The translations under genes and the position numbers were made by a program. A stretch of 64,000 nucleotides of DNA from positions 1,786-65,785 of the forward strand of contig JAFGHP010000020.1 in the NCBI GenBank assembly GCA_016930055.1, read 5' to 3'. Of this stretch, positions 29,491 to 39,832 are shown piece by piece. This DNA is from Candidatus Bathyarchaeota archaeon (GTDB lineage: Archaea; Thermoproteota; Bathyarchaeia; TCS64). How positions within the stretch are numbered: the stretch's first letter is position 1; each line of letters opens with the position of its first letter. The notes under the pieces are model-generated. The model was not told where the DNA came from, ran no database searches, and was given only the letters and a program-made list of their open reading frames with translations.

Positions 29491-30378
29491 TTAATTTGTA
29501 AACTTTTCCCCAGCTAAATTTTCTATAACTGTAATTAATGCTTGGGTTCCTTTATTATTCATTTTTTCTGCATCCAAATTTCTGAATAGTTGTTGTACTA
29601 ATGATGTACCTAAAAGAGGCGTCTTCGTTTCTTGAGCAGTCTCCATTATTATTCTCAAATCTTTGATGTAATCTTTTACTTTAAACCCAGGTTCTAAATC
29701 GTTTTTCAAAAGTTTCATGCCATTATTAGTTAATTGCCAACTTCCAGCAGCCCCTCCCGAGATCGCATTATAACATTTTTGAAGGTCTATCCCAGCTTTT
29801 TTAGCAAACATTAATGCCTCAGCAACAGCTAACATGTTTATGCCTACTAAAATCTGATTTACAGCTTTAGTTGCTTGTCCTGAACCAACATCACCAATAT
29901 GGGTAATTGTTTTACCCATCGCTTCAAATATTGGTAAGACTTCTTGAAATGTCTCTTTTGGTCCACCAACCATAATACTTAATGTTCCATTTCGAGCTCC
30001 TACATCTCCACCACTTACAGGAGCATCAAGCATTATAGCTCCTTTCTCTCTTAACTTTCTGGCAATCTCCCGTGTTTTAATTGGACTAATAGTACTCATA
30101 TCTATAATGACTGCTCCAGGTTTAACACCTTCATGAACACCATTTGGACCCAATAAAACCATTTCAACATCTTTACCATCTGTAACAATGGTTATGATTA
30201 CATCTGAATTTTCGGCAACCGCTTTTGGTGAAGTAGCAGCATTAGCTCCCGCTTCTACAAGTGGTTTAGTCTTAGATGAAGTCCTATTCCAAACAGTAAC
30301 AGAAAACCCTGCTTTAACTAAATTAAGGGACATACCACTGCCCATTAAACCTAAACCTATAAAGCCTATACGTTTCAT
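29491..30378 (-). CDS. Beta-hydroxyacid dehydrogenase (GarR/MmsB family)
   Basis: GFIGLGLMG, DMSTISP, DAPVSGG, KAVNQ. Confidence 0.9.
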   Translation of the reverse strand: MKRIGFIGLGLMGSGMSLNLVKAGFSVTVWNRTSSKTKPLVEAGANAATSPKAVAENSDVIITIVTDGKDVEMVLLGPNGVHEGVKPGAVIIDMSTISPIKTREIARKLREKGAIMLDAPVSGGDVGARNGTLSIMVGGPKETFQEVLPIFEAMGKTITHIGDVGSGQATKAVNQILVGINMLAVAEALMFAKKAGIDLQKCYNAISGGAAGSWQLTNNGMKLLKNDLEPGFKVKDYIKDLRIIMETAQETKTPLLGTSLVQQLFRNLDAEKMNNKGTQALITVIENLAGEKFTN

Positions 30379-30821
30379 TAATTAATCATAAATAATTGTT
30401 TAATAAAGCTTAATAAGTCTTCAAAGTAACTAAATTTTAGATTTAATAATTGATAATTTCCTAATATACCTATAAAAATTAATAGTAAACCACCTGAAAA
30501 AAAGAGGTTGGCTCGATTTCTATCATACATTACTTCTGTACCTTTATAACATAAGAAAAGCCCCAAAATACCTAGCCCATACAATACCATTACAGTCAAA
30601 CTTTCATTTAATGTCTGACCATCATAACCAGGATAAACTGAATACATGTTACCATAATCATCATATACAACTCCCGCAGGACGATATTTGAGGTCGTATA
30701 TACCTCCACCCAATAAAAAAATCGATAAAAGAATACATCCAATTAATGCATATCTTTCTAATCCTTTGAATTTTTCTTCGCTAATAAGAGGTAATTTACT
30801 GCGCCTTTTTTTAGATGACAT
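30378..30821 (-). CDS. OSTC/DC2 (OST3/OST6 C-terminal)-like membrane protein
   Basis: FLLGGGIYD...P, GQTLNES, LYGLGILG; three TM helices; 147 aa. Confidence 0.65.
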   Translation of the reverse strand: MSSKKRRSKLPLISEEKFKGLERYALIGCILLSIFLLGGGIYDLKYRPAGVVYDDYGNMYSVYPGYDGQTLNESLTVMVLYGLGILGLFLCYKGTEVMYDRNRANLFFSGGLLLIFIGILGNYQLLNLKFSYFEDLLSFIKQLFMIN

Positions 30822-30952
30822 GGATTACTTTCTCCTCTATATGGTAAAGGGATTATGAATATATTCTTTTTTAAAAAAATTATAAAAGCAAAAGGTTAGA
30901 AAGAAGAAGTTTATAAGTAATCTTCTAGGTCTACTTAATTACTTGATTTACA

Positions 30953-31117
30953 TTGCCTCAAAAAATAATATGTTCAAACTGTAAGGAAATCCTCTACGAA
31001 GGAGAATTGTTAAAATCACCGCAAGATATCATAAAAAAATATGAAGGTAAATGCCCTAAATGTAAAAAAGAACTTAATTTTACTACTGACGGGGTTATAG
31101 TAAAACCAACGGATTAA
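30953..31117 (+). CDS. Small zinc-ribbon protein (54 aa), absent from ORF track
   Basis: TTG start; MPQKIICSNCKEILYEG...GKCPKCKKEL, two CxxC pairs. Confidence 0.8.
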   Translation: MPQKIICSNCKEILYEGELLKSPQDIIKKYEGKCPKCKKELNFTTDGVIVKPTD

Positions 31118-31172
31118 ACAAATATTGTATAAATAGTTTTAACTTTGTTAAACTAGAATTACAATCTGATAT

Positions 31173-32297
31173 ATGATGGAACTTAAAAAAACTCATATTT
31201 ATGCATATCACTTAGAAAATGGTAACATAGTAGATTTTGGTGGATATGCAATGCCAATATGGTATGAGGGAATCATACCTGAACATCATTCAGTAAGAAA
31301 CAGTTGCGGAATATTTGATACAAGTCACATGGGCAGAGTATGGGCAGAAGGCCCCGATGTAGTAAAATTTCTAGACTATGTAGTAACTAATGATGCAAGC
31401 TCACTTTCAGATAGTAAAGGACTTTATACGGTAATGTGTAAACCTGACGGAGGAATAATCGACGATTTAATATTTTATCGCGTAAATAATGAGAAATTCC
31501 TTGTCGTATATAATGCAAGTAACCGTAAAAAAGACTTTGAATGGCTAAATAAAAATTCGAAAGGATTTAAAGTAAAATTAACTGATGTTAGCGACAACGT
31601 CGCTATGATTGCTTTACAAGGACCTTCAGCTGTTCAGGTACTCCAAAAAGTTTGTCAAACTGATGTCAATTCGATTAAACGCTTCCACTTAGCTGAATTA
31701 AACATTTCTGAAGAAGATTGCTTAGCAGCAAGAACAGGATATACAGGTGAAGATGGTTTTGAAATTTTTGTCATAGATTCTCCCCTTGAAAAACCGGAAA
31801 AAGCTTTGAAAATTTGGAATAAACTTATAGAAAATGGTGCTAAACCATGTGGATTAGGAGCTAGAGACAGCCTTAGATTAGAAGCGGGATTATGGCTCTA
31901 TGGTAACGAGATTAATGAAGATACTAACCCGATAGAAGCAGGTTTAAAATGGACAATTAAAATGAATAAAAATTACTTTATAGGAAAAAAAGCAATCCAA
32001 CAAATAATCGAAAATGGCATACAGAGAAACTTAGTAGGATTAATGTTAACTGAAAGAGGAATCCCGCGACATGGTTATGAAATATTTGATGGCGAAAAAC
32101 AAATAGGAATAGTTACTAGTGGAGGCATGAGTCCAACATTAGAGGCTGGCATCGCTTTAGGCTATGTACCTCCTGATTATAAGAAAGTAGGTACAGAAAT
32201 AAGTGTAAAGATACGTAATAATTTCGTAAAGGGAAAAGTTGTTAAGCATCGTCCCTTTTATGATGAAAGTAAGTATGGATGGAAGAGGAATAAGTAA
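31173..32297 (+). CDS. gcvT: Glycine cleavage system aminomethyltransferase T
   Basis: FDTSHMG, GIIDD, RTGYTGEDGFE, GLGARDSLRLEAG. Confidence 0.95.
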   Translation: MMELKKTHIYAYHLENGNIVDFGGYAMPIWYEGIIPEHHSVRNSCGIFDTSHMGRVWAEGPDVVKFLDYVVTNDASSLSDSKGLYTVMCKPDGGIIDDLIFYRVNNEKFLVVYNASNRKKDFEWLNKNSKGFKVKLTDVSDNVAMIALQGPSAVQVLQKVCQTDVNSIKRFHLAELNISEEDCLAARTGYTGEDGFEIFVIDSPLEKPEKALKIWNKLIENGAKPCGLGARDSLRLEAGLWLYGNEINEDTNPIEAGLKWTIKMNKNYFIGKKAIQQIIENGIQRNLVGLMLTERGIPRHGYEIFDGEKQIGIVTSGGMSPTLEAGIALGYVPPDYKKVGTEISVKIRNNFVKGKVVKHRPFYDESKYGWKRNK

Positions 32298-32704
32298 TGA
32301 CTGATGAGATAAAAGTTGTTTCTGGATTTTATTATACAAAAGAACATGAATGGGCTAAACCCCAAGAAGATGGAACCGTATTAGTGGGTATTGATGATTA
32401 CGCTCAGGGGCAACTACACGAGATAGTTTATGTAGAGCTCCCTAAAGTAGAATCAGATGTAGTACAAGGAAAATCAATTGGAGCAGTAGAATCCGTTAAA
32501 GCTGTATCAGACATGTTTTCACCTATTTCAGGGAAAATAATCGAAGTAAATCAAGACCTATTGGATAACCCAGACAAAATAAACAAAGACCCATATGGAG
32601 AAGGATGGATAGCAAAAATACAACCAACAAACCTAGAAACAGATTTAGCCAAACTATACGACTCAGAAAAATATAAAACATACCTCGGAACCTTAAAACA
32701 TTAA
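32297..32704 (+). CDS. gcvH: Glycine cleavage system protein H
   Basis: KEHEW, ESVKAVSD lipoyl lysine, DPYGEGW. Confidence 0.95.
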   Translation: MTDEIKVVSGFYYTKEHEWAKPQEDGTVLVGIDDYAQGQLHEIVYVELPKVESDVVQGKSIGAVESVKAVSDMFSPISGKIIEVNQDLLDNPDKINKDPYGEGWIAKIQPTNLETDLAKLYDSEKYKTYLGTLKH

Positions 32705-32716
32705 TTTTTATAAAAC

Positions 32717-32801
32717 GCGGGGGTTCCCGAGTGGCCAAAGGGGTCAGGTTCAGGACCTGATGGTTAGTCCTCCGTGGGTTCGAACCCCACCCCCCGCACC
32801 A
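32717..32801 (+). tRNA. tRNA-Leu(CAG), encoded CCA
   Basis: GCGGGGG/CCCCCGC acceptor, TCAGG-TT-CAG-GA-CCTGA, long variable arm. Confidence 0.95.
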
Positions 32802-32815
32802 TTTGAAAGAAGTGT

Positions 32816-33553
32816 TTATGTTAAGTTTTCTTCGAGTTTAATTCGATTTTTTATGTTTACTGAATCAAATAGTTTGAGTAGGTCATCTGATATTGTAGTG
32901 ATGTTGTTTACGTTTTGTTCAATTGATGCTTTTTTGGGTTTATAATTTGGGTCATAACTGTATTCTATTGCTTCTGTTTGTTTCTCTATAAGTGGGGGTG
33001 TTGTTATGGGTGGCTCTGGGAAGCTTTCTTGTAAACAGTTTTCAATGTTGTTGGATACTTCTTCTAATATTTGTATGCTTTCAGAACTATTTGCATTAAA
33101 AACATCTTCAAGTACTGGTTGCTGGAAACTGATTGTTGTCTGTTTTAGGGTATCGCTAGCTAGTTTTGATAGGTTTTCTAGTCCAGAGATGAATTCTGGT
33201 GAAATACCTTGGATGTCCATAACTACTTCTTTTATTACTTCGGAGATTGGTTCAAGTTGTATTACGTTATGAAGTTCTAGAAGGTTTTCCATCCTAATGG
33301 TGATACATTCCATAACTAGTTGACATTGAGAAAAGACTTTCTTTAAGTGTCGAACTTTAGTTAATTCATTAGCAAACATATTGGCTCTAAGTTTGTCTTT
33401 TTTACGGATGGCATTCTCAATCATTTTATAAAGTTCTTTATCTCTTTGAGTAAGCCTTGTGCTAGATTCTTCAAAAAGTATGCTCTGTTTTTTTAATTCA
33501 TTTATTGATTCTTGAGAAACTTGTATATTCTGCTGAGATTTTCGTCTTTCCAA
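32816..33553 (-). CDS. ESCRT-III/CdvB (Snf7)-like paralog 2
   Basis: RANMFANELTKVR...MECITIRME; proline-rich FPEPP tail. Confidence 0.75.
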   Translation of the reverse strand: MERRKSQQNIQVSQESINELKKQSILFEESSTRLTQRDKELYKMIENAIRKKDKLRANMFANELTKVRHLKKVFSQCQLVMECITIRMENLLELHNVIQLEPISEVIKEVVMDIQGISPEFISGLENLSKLASDTLKQTTISFQQPVLEDVFNANSSESIQILEEVSNNIENCLQESFPEPPITTPPLIEKQTEAIEYSYDPNYKPKKASIEQNVNNITTISDDLLKLFDSVNIKNRIKLEENLT

Positions 33554-33568
33554 ATATTTTTTCTCCTA

Positions 33569-34219
33569 CTAATTATTAGTCTCTGAATTGACCTCATTAC
33601 TACTAACTTTTTGTGATGATTTAGATCCAGGTGGCTTTTCTAAATTGTAATTGATTCTTGATTCTGCTAAAAGTTGAGCTTCTTCTAAAATTTTATCAGA
33701 CCCATCATTTATTGGTTCAAAGTTGAAATTCATGTTAGTTACAGTACCTGTTTCTATAATTATCCCACTTAATAAATTATTTATTTGATCAAGCTCCCCC
33801 ACAGCTTGAGGATTAATCACATCTATCCCTGATTGAATTCCTTTCATAACATTAACTACAGGCAAAAGGGTGTAAGCTACATCACCAATTTCAGTCATCG
33901 TTTTCAATCTTAACGATAATTGTTCAAGAGTTAATTTTAGATTAAAAATTAATTTTTCAACTTTACGCACTTCTGCAAGCTCATTAGCATAAACATTTGC
34001 TCTTATATTATCATGTTTCGCATATGCATCTACAATTTTATCATAAATTTCTTTTCCTCTATTTTGAAAACGTGCTACAGCTTGATCTAATTTTCGATTC
34101 TCAACATCTATTCGATTTATTGAATCATTGAGCCTTGATTTTAGTGTGTCAGAATTATTGACAGCCTTATTTGTTCCTTTATATTCATTTTTATTAATCC
34201 ATTTCTTATCAAAGCTCAT
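33569..34219 (-). CDS. ESCRT-III/CdvB (Snf7)-like paralog 1
   Basis: RANVYANELAEVRK...LEQLSLRL..MTEIGDV...ILEEA. Confidence 0.85.
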   Translation of the reverse strand: MSFDKKWINKNEYKGTNKAVNNSDTLKSRLNDSINRIDVENRKLDQAVARFQNRGKEIYDKIVDAYAKHDNIRANVYANELAEVRKVEKLIFNLKLTLEQLSLRLKTMTEIGDVAYTLLPVVNVMKGIQSGIDVINPQAVGELDQINNLLSGIIIETGTVTNMNFNFEPINDGSDKILEEAQLLAESRINYNLEKPPGSKSSQKVSSNEVNSETNN

Positions 34220-34474
34220 TATAAGTTACACTTAAAAATTATGAGCATACTTAAACCTAATAAAGTATGTAATAACATATGTAAATATTTACACAATTTT
34301 TGATTATATTATTCATAGAATTAACATATTTATGTTAAAAATAATTATTACTCTTTCATTAAATGAATAAAGTTAATTATTAAAAGATTCTAAATTAACA
34401 TAAAAATTAATTATTTAAAAAATATTCATTAATATATAAAACGAAGAAATTTGTATTAAAAAATATTGAAAAAA

Positions 34475-36244
34475 TCAGTTAATTGGTTTTTCTCTTATAC
34501 CTAAATAATATGCAGTATTTGCGTGTGGATCAATTTTTGTTTTAATTTTTCCAGGTAAAGCACTTAGTATTGGATCCACTCCAGGACCATGACCTGCTGA
34601 ACCACTGAAACCGTGAATTACAGTACCAATAGTTATTGCGCCTTTGTATCTTCCTCTTCCCCAAAAATCGTAATGGTCTTTAATCGCTACTATATCACCT
34701 AATTTTAAGCTTGTAAGATTGAATTCATCCACTACTTCTTGACAAGTTGTTTGTATGTCATAATCTCCTGGTTCAATGAATGATCCTCCGATGCCTGAAC
34801 CCATAATATGCCCAGGGACTTCCATCACTACTGGTACAACAAGTTGTCCATCATCTATTGTTATCCCTAAATTTTCCAATAATTCTGGAGATAATTTATT
34901 TACTCGGACATCTTCGTATCCATCAATTTTAAGACCTACTCCCCGTGCCATTATCTGTATTTTGTCATTTATTGTGAGTTTTTGTAGTGTTTCTTTTGGG
35001 AACCAAACCAGATCATCTGAACCAGCATGTCTACCAATAAAGTAACCTTTGTCTCCTTTAGCATCACCAGATACTACTTTTGCTTCATTACCAATACAAG
35101 CTAAAATTGCTAATGCACAATCACTTGGAACTGGTTTATCTCTTCCTTGAATAGTGACATCTGGCTCCACATGGTCTGCGTTTGCCCAGCCATATGTTGA
35201 ATCACCAAGAGATACTGTATAATTAATTGAAGCCATACCTACAGTTAATCTTGGTTTACCATCATAGGTCGTAGAATAGCCCCTGCTTGAAAAAGGTTGA
35301 ACTACTCCCTGGACAGCTGTGGTTATTAATTTATCTTTATTTGTTTTTATAACTCCCGTAGAGTTAGTCTGTATTTCAGAAGTTTTCTTTTTAATATCAA
35401 GGTATTTACCAATATTTGCTTCACGATCAATTCGTGTACTAATCATACCGAATCTTGTTGAAAGGACAGGAGTTACACCTATACCATACCCTGATATGTC
35501 ACTTGGACCACAGCAAACAACGCCAACAGTAGCTCCACCTCTATAATACCCTTTACCATAGTCTGTTTGAAAGTTTTCAAGCAAAACTATATCTCCGAAA
35601 CGTAGTTCATCTAAACCATATTCACGAATATCTGGTGGATAACAGGTTTGAATATGCCAATTACCTGATAAACTTGACCCCCCAGAGCCTTGACCAACAA
35701 TTTCTTCAGGAATAACCTTTACAACGGGAACTTCAAGTTTACCATCTACTTCTCTAATATCCATTTTTTCTAAAACTTCAGGAGCTAAACTATGTACAAC
35801 TACTTTATCATAACCTTCAATATTTAATCCAACGCCTTTTGCGTTAACATGTATTGAATCGCCAATACTTAATTTTAATAGAGTATCGTCTTCAAAATGG
35901 ATCTGTATGTATTGACCAAATTTACCGATTACAACTCCTTTATCTCCTTTTGCTTCTCCCGTAAGCACTCTAACTTCATTGCCAATGGATAGATTATTCA
36001 AATATCCTTGCTTGAAATTAGCTTCTCCTACTCCTTCTGTTGAGACCCCTACTGTTGCGCGATCTCCAGATGCCCATCCAAAAACTTTATCCCAGATTCT
36101 TAAATTATAATTGATACCTCCGGTACCTATTACCATTTTAGGTTTTCCATCCCAGGTTGTTGCATAAGGCCTTAGAGGTTGAGCTGGTGAAATTGTACCC
36201 TGTGCAGCAAGAGTCAGAAGTTTTTCTTTATTTGTTCTAATCAT
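34475..36244 (-). CDS. Tandem two-domain DUF4438 (TM1086-like) protein
   Basis: Internal repeat (MIRTNKEKL / VIKTNKDKL); second copy has DHVEP, GRHAG, DYDI, GHGPGV. Confidence 0.8.
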   Translation of the reverse strand: MIRTNKEKLLTLAAQGTISPAQPLRPYATTWDGKPKMVIGTGGINYNLRIWDKVFGWASGDRATVGVSTEGVGEANFKQGYLNNLSIGNEVRVLTGEAKGDKGVVIGKFGQYIQIHFEDDTLLKLSIGDSIHVNAKGVGLNIEGYDKVVVHSLAPEVLEKMDIREVDGKLEVPVVKVIPEEIVGQGSGGSSLSGNWHIQTCYPPDIREYGLDELRFGDIVLLENFQTDYGKGYYRGGATVGVVCCGPSDISGYGIGVTPVLSTRFGMISTRIDREANIGKYLDIKKKTSEIQTNSTGVIKTNKDKLITTAVQGVVQPFSSRGYSTTYDGKPRLTVGMASINYTVSLGDSTYGWANADHVEPDVTIQGRDKPVPSDCALAILACIGNEAKVVSGDAKGDKGYFIGRHAGSDDLVWFPKETLQKLTINDKIQIMARGVGLKIDGYEDVRVNKLSPELLENLGITIDDGQLVVPVVMEVPGHIMGSGIGGSFIEPGDYDIQTTCQEVVDEFNLTSLKLGDIVAIKDHYDFWGRGRYKGAITIGTVIHGFSGSAGHGPGVDPILSALPGKIKTKIDPHANTAYYLGIREKPIN

Positions 36245-36310
36245 AAAGTATCAAAACAATGTCTTCAAAACAATATTTAACGTTTATCAGTAACATAAAA
36301 ATTAGAAAAA

Positions 36311-36937
36311 TTATGATTCTACAGGAATCCTTTTTGTTATTGGTTTAGCAAGAATTTCTTCCACATCTAAATCAAAAAAATTGCTTGAATTCGCTGATTT
36401 TAATACTATTGCAGTGTCTGCACCTCTTCCTTGACCACCAACTGCAATCACATTTATGCCAACAGGGATAACTCCTGCGTCTGCTGCCATCACTACAATT
36501 TCAAAACAAACCTTCATTCCTTGAGAGAATAGACGAAGAACATTAGCTATTAGCTCCCCAGTTGAAGGCACATATGCTGGCCAAAATGGTTCAGGTCTTG
36601 GTTTTCCTGCTTCCATTTTTGGTGATCTACGTAAACTTCCTGAAACGCCACCAAAAGCATGGGTACATGTCACAATCTTTGCTCCCAGTGCTCTAATTTT
36701 TACCTCGTTTTTTTGTGTCAATTCAGGACCAGATGGACCTACTTGGTGAGTGACAACTATTGCTTGTATTCCTGTGCCTCTGAAATATTCTGCAGCTCTA
36801 GCTCCTGTCTCACCACGGGTTGATGCAATAACGATGTGTTTAATTCCCTTTTCTATTGCTTTCTGTTTAACAAGTTTAAGTAAAAGATCAATATTCTCTT
36901 GTTTTTCTTCTTTAAAATATAGAATATCTCTCTTCAA
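36311..36937 (-). CDS. Pyruvate-kinase alpha/beta (PK_C)-domain protein
   Basis: IVIASTRGETG, VVTHQVG, LRLFSQGMKVCFEIVVMAADAG, GGQGRGADTA. Confidence 0.85.
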   Translation of the reverse strand: MKRDILYFKEEKQENIDLLLKLVKQKAIEKGIKHIVIASTRGETGARAAEYFRGTGIQAIVVTHQVGPSGPELTQKNEVKIRALGAKIVTCTHAFGGVSGSLRRSPKMEAGKPRPEPFWPAYVPSTGELIANVLRLFSQGMKVCFEIVVMAADAGVIPVGINVIAVGGQGRGADTAIVLKSANSSNFFDLDVEEILAKPITKRIPVES

Positions 36938-37030
36938 TTTACATCCAAATAGGTATAGTAAAAACTAATATAAAAATAAAAACAAGAAAATAATTTAACA
37001 GCAGATAAATATTTTAAAAAATGTGTATTA

Positions 37031-38788
37031 TTATTCTCTTCGAAGTATTTTCCCAGGTGTTTTACCAGTATGTTTATTCTCATTTACAACGAGAACACCG
37101 TTAATAATTACATATTCTATCCCTTCAGGATATAATCTAGGTTCCATCTGGTCTCCTTTATCATTAATAGTTTCTAGATTAAATATAGTTAAATCAGCAA
37201 AATAACCAGGTTTAATTATTCCTCTTTTAGGTATTTTAAATTTACATGCAGGATTATAGGTTATTTTCATAATCGCTTCTTCTAAAGTTAACGTGTTAGT
37301 TTCCCTAACTGCTCGTTTAATATAATGTGGAAAACCTCCAAAACTGTTTTCGCTGGGAAGCCCAGGTGCTGGACCACTACCAATTCGTGTTTCATCTACT
37401 GCAAATGTATCAATTCCAACCATCATTTTAGGGTGTTTCATGAAAGTTAAGAGACTTGAGTCATCTCTAGGTTTACGAAATATCTTTGAGTTAGGATCAG
37501 CTATTATTGCTTGCATTAAAGCTTCTAGTTCGTCGATGTTCATCTCTTTAGCTATTTGACTTATTGTTTTATTTTTGAACCTTGAATCAGAGTGTTCAAT
37601 TAAAATTCCTCCCTCTGCCCATGTAGGAGTAATGTTTGGATTTAATCCATAATATTTGCCTGACATCACGCTGTTTTTAATCTCTTCTCTCCAATCTGGC
37701 ATTCGTAAAGCTTTTGCGAATTGTTCTAAACTACCAGCAATCTTGAGCCAAGGTCTTAATCTTGCTGCAAGATAGTGATTACCTCCAATTCCCCCACTCG
37801 CACTATTGGGTATTACATCAAAACTAATATCTAATCCTTCATGATTTGCGTCATTTACAAGTTTTAAAGTTGCTTTGATCCCTGCTTCAGTTAAAATTTT
37901 GCTATCACCTGGATTAACGGAGTAAAGATTACCTAAATGACTTATTTGAACAGAAGCCTTCGCTTTTCTACCAATATCAATAGTCTCGAGTACACCTTTT
38001 GTCGCTGGAATACTTGCCTCTCCTGGGCGACGGGCTTTCCTATGACTTGTCCGCAAACTGTGAGCTGCATAAACTCCATCATATTTTGCTACAATTTTTG
38101 CACATTCAAATATTTCTTCAAAATTAGCCCATATACCTGGATCATAATCACGTCCAACTGTAAGACCTATACAGCCATCAATCATCGCTTCTTCTGTGAT
38201 TTTAACCATCTGTTCAATCTCTTTCTTTGTAGACTCTCTACGATAATCTGGACCTAAAACAACGCTTCTAATCTCACCATGACCTACCATTGGTACATAA
38301 TTTGGACTAAACCCCTTTCCTTCGAGTTTATTGAAAAATTCCCCCATAGTATTCCAATCAATTTCCCAACCAAATTTTTCCTTATGTAACTTATTTACTT
38401 CTTCTCTTGGGTGAAGCCAATCAGCATCATACATTGTCGGAGAAACTTCTTGATGAAGCTCACTTAACATCCACGGATTTCCAACATAATTACCAACTGG
38501 TGCTGGACTATTACCACACTGCCCCCCAACAAAAGTAGTAATACCTTGTCTAACAAACCCATCTGCTTTAGGATAATATAAAATCGTCAGATCTCCATGA
38601 TTATGGACGTCAATCCAACCAGGACTAACCACGAGTCCCTTTGCATCAATATTTATTTCTGATATACCCTGAACTTCACCTATAGAATGGATTTTTTCAT
38701 CTTTTATTGCTATTGATCCATTAATGCATGTTGAACCAGAACCATCAACTATCTTTGCATTATTTATTAAAATATCATATTTTTCCAT
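37031..38788 (-). CDS. N-acyl-D-amino-acid deacylase (D-aminoacylase)
   Basis: PGWIDVHNH, QGITT..GQCG, GHGEIR, QISHL, GYFADLTIF; probable start MEKYDIL. Confidence 0.88.
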   Translation of the reverse strand: MEKYDILINNAKIVDGSGSTCINGSIAIKDEKIHSIGEVQGISEINIDAKGLVVSPGWIDVHNHGDLTILYYPKADGFVRQGITTFVGGQCGNSPAPVGNYVGNPWMLSELHQEVSPTMYDADWLHPREEVNKLHKEKFGWEIDWNTMGEFFNKLEGKGFSPNYVPMVGHGEIRSVVLGPDYRRESTKKEIEQMVKITEEAMIDGCIGLTVGRDYDPGIWANFEEIFECAKIVAKYDGVYAAHSLRTSHRKARRPGEASIPATKGVLETIDIGRKAKASVQISHLGNLYSVNPGDSKILTEAGIKATLKLVNDANHEGLDISFDVIPNSASGGIGGNHYLAARLRPWLKIAGSLEQFAKALRMPDWREEIKNSVMSGKYYGLNPNITPTWAEGGILIEHSDSRFKNKTISQIAKEMNIDELEALMQAIIADPNSKIFRKPRDDSSLLTFMKHPKMMVGIDTFAVDETRIGSGPAPGLPSENSFGGFPHYIKRAVRETNTLTLEEAIMKITYNPACKFKIPKRGIIKPGYFADLTIFNLETINDKGDQMEPRLYPEGIEYVIINGVLVVNENKHTGKTPGKILRRE

Positions 38789-38850
38789 GCCATTTAATAT
38801 GAGCTTTCTGCGTTTAACTTTTAGCATTTTTTATTTTTATCCAAAAAAAT

Positions 38851-39174
38851 TTATATAATTTTCTCTCTTTTCTTAATAATCTTTAAGATCCAATAATCAT
38901 TAAAATAATTCATTATAGTTACTCCTGAAAAGAAAATAATTACTTCATAATAATACCCAACTAAATAAATCAAATAAAAAACAGGTATTAATAGCAAAGT
39001 TTCAATTATCATTACTTTTAAAGCACCAAATTTTTTAAATAATTTAGAGTTAATCGGATTTACTTCGATACTAACATGCTTATATTTAGTAAAAGCCTCA
39101 TAATTAATACGCACTAAATCCAATCTTAGAATTATTACAATTATTGTACATATTGCCATAAAATAGAAATCCAT
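38851..39174 (-). CDS. Small membrane protein (DUF5658-like)
   Basis: Three hydrophobic helices, EVNP motif. Confidence 0.5.
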   Translation of the reverse strand: MDFYFMAICTIIVIILRLDLVRINYEAFTKYKHVSIEVNPINSKLFKKFGALKVMIIETLLLIPVFYLIYLVGYYYEVIIFFSGVTIMNYFNDYWILKIIKKREKII

Positions 39175-39241
39175 GTTTTCACCTTTCTACAATAATAACG
39201 GATTAATATATAAATTAAGAATTTTAAATGGTAAAAAAGTC

Positions 39242-39697
39242 TTAATCAATATATAGAAGTGCAGGATTTTTTGATTCAATTAATTTATCCACATTAAACA
39301 GTTTGGCATATAATAGAGGAAAAAATCTAGCAATATCTGTAAGTGAAAGCAAACCTACTAATTCACTATCCTTGTAACCACTTAAAACTGGTAATTTTTT
39401 AATCTTATTAAAGACCATCAACTGAGCAGCAAACTCAAGATCAGCTTCAGGCATTGTTGTTAAAAGAGGAGTAGTCATAACTTCACTAACCATTAACTTA
39501 TTAGGGTTTTTATCTTTAGACACGACTCTAGAAATTATGTCTCCCTTCGTAATTATGCCCACAACAACATTATTTTCAACAACTACAAGACTACTAACTT
39601 GTAAATAAGCCATCATTCTAGCAGCATTTTTTACAGAAAGATCCGAATCAACTATCATTACATTACGAATCATAGCGTCTTGTACTTGTAGCCTCAT
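39242..39697 (-). CDS. CBS-domain protein
   Basis: Two CBS repeats (GIITKGDI; KKLPV..GLLSLTDI). Confidence 0.9.
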   Translation of the reverse strand: MRLQVQDAMIRNVMIVDSDLSVKNAARMMAYLQVSSLVVVENNVVVGIITKGDIISRVVSKDKNPNKLMVSEVMTTPLLTTMPEADLEFAAQLMVFNKIKKLPVLSGYKDSELVGLLSLTDIARFFPLLYAKLFNVDKLIESKNPALLYID

Positions 39698-39832
39698 TTA
39701 AACCAGCTATGAGGGAAATATATTGAAAAATAGATAAAATAATTATGGATCTTAAAACTATATTAAAAAATAATTAAAATAGAATTATTTTTAATTTCTA
39801 AGACTAATAAAAAACTCTAAAAAATTAATTAT

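Noticed and set aside
32760-32945. 61-aa ORF overlapping tRNA-Leu, and the many short antisense ORFs in the track
   Set aside because: They are shadows of the tRNA or of well-supported opposite-strand genes and carry no motifs
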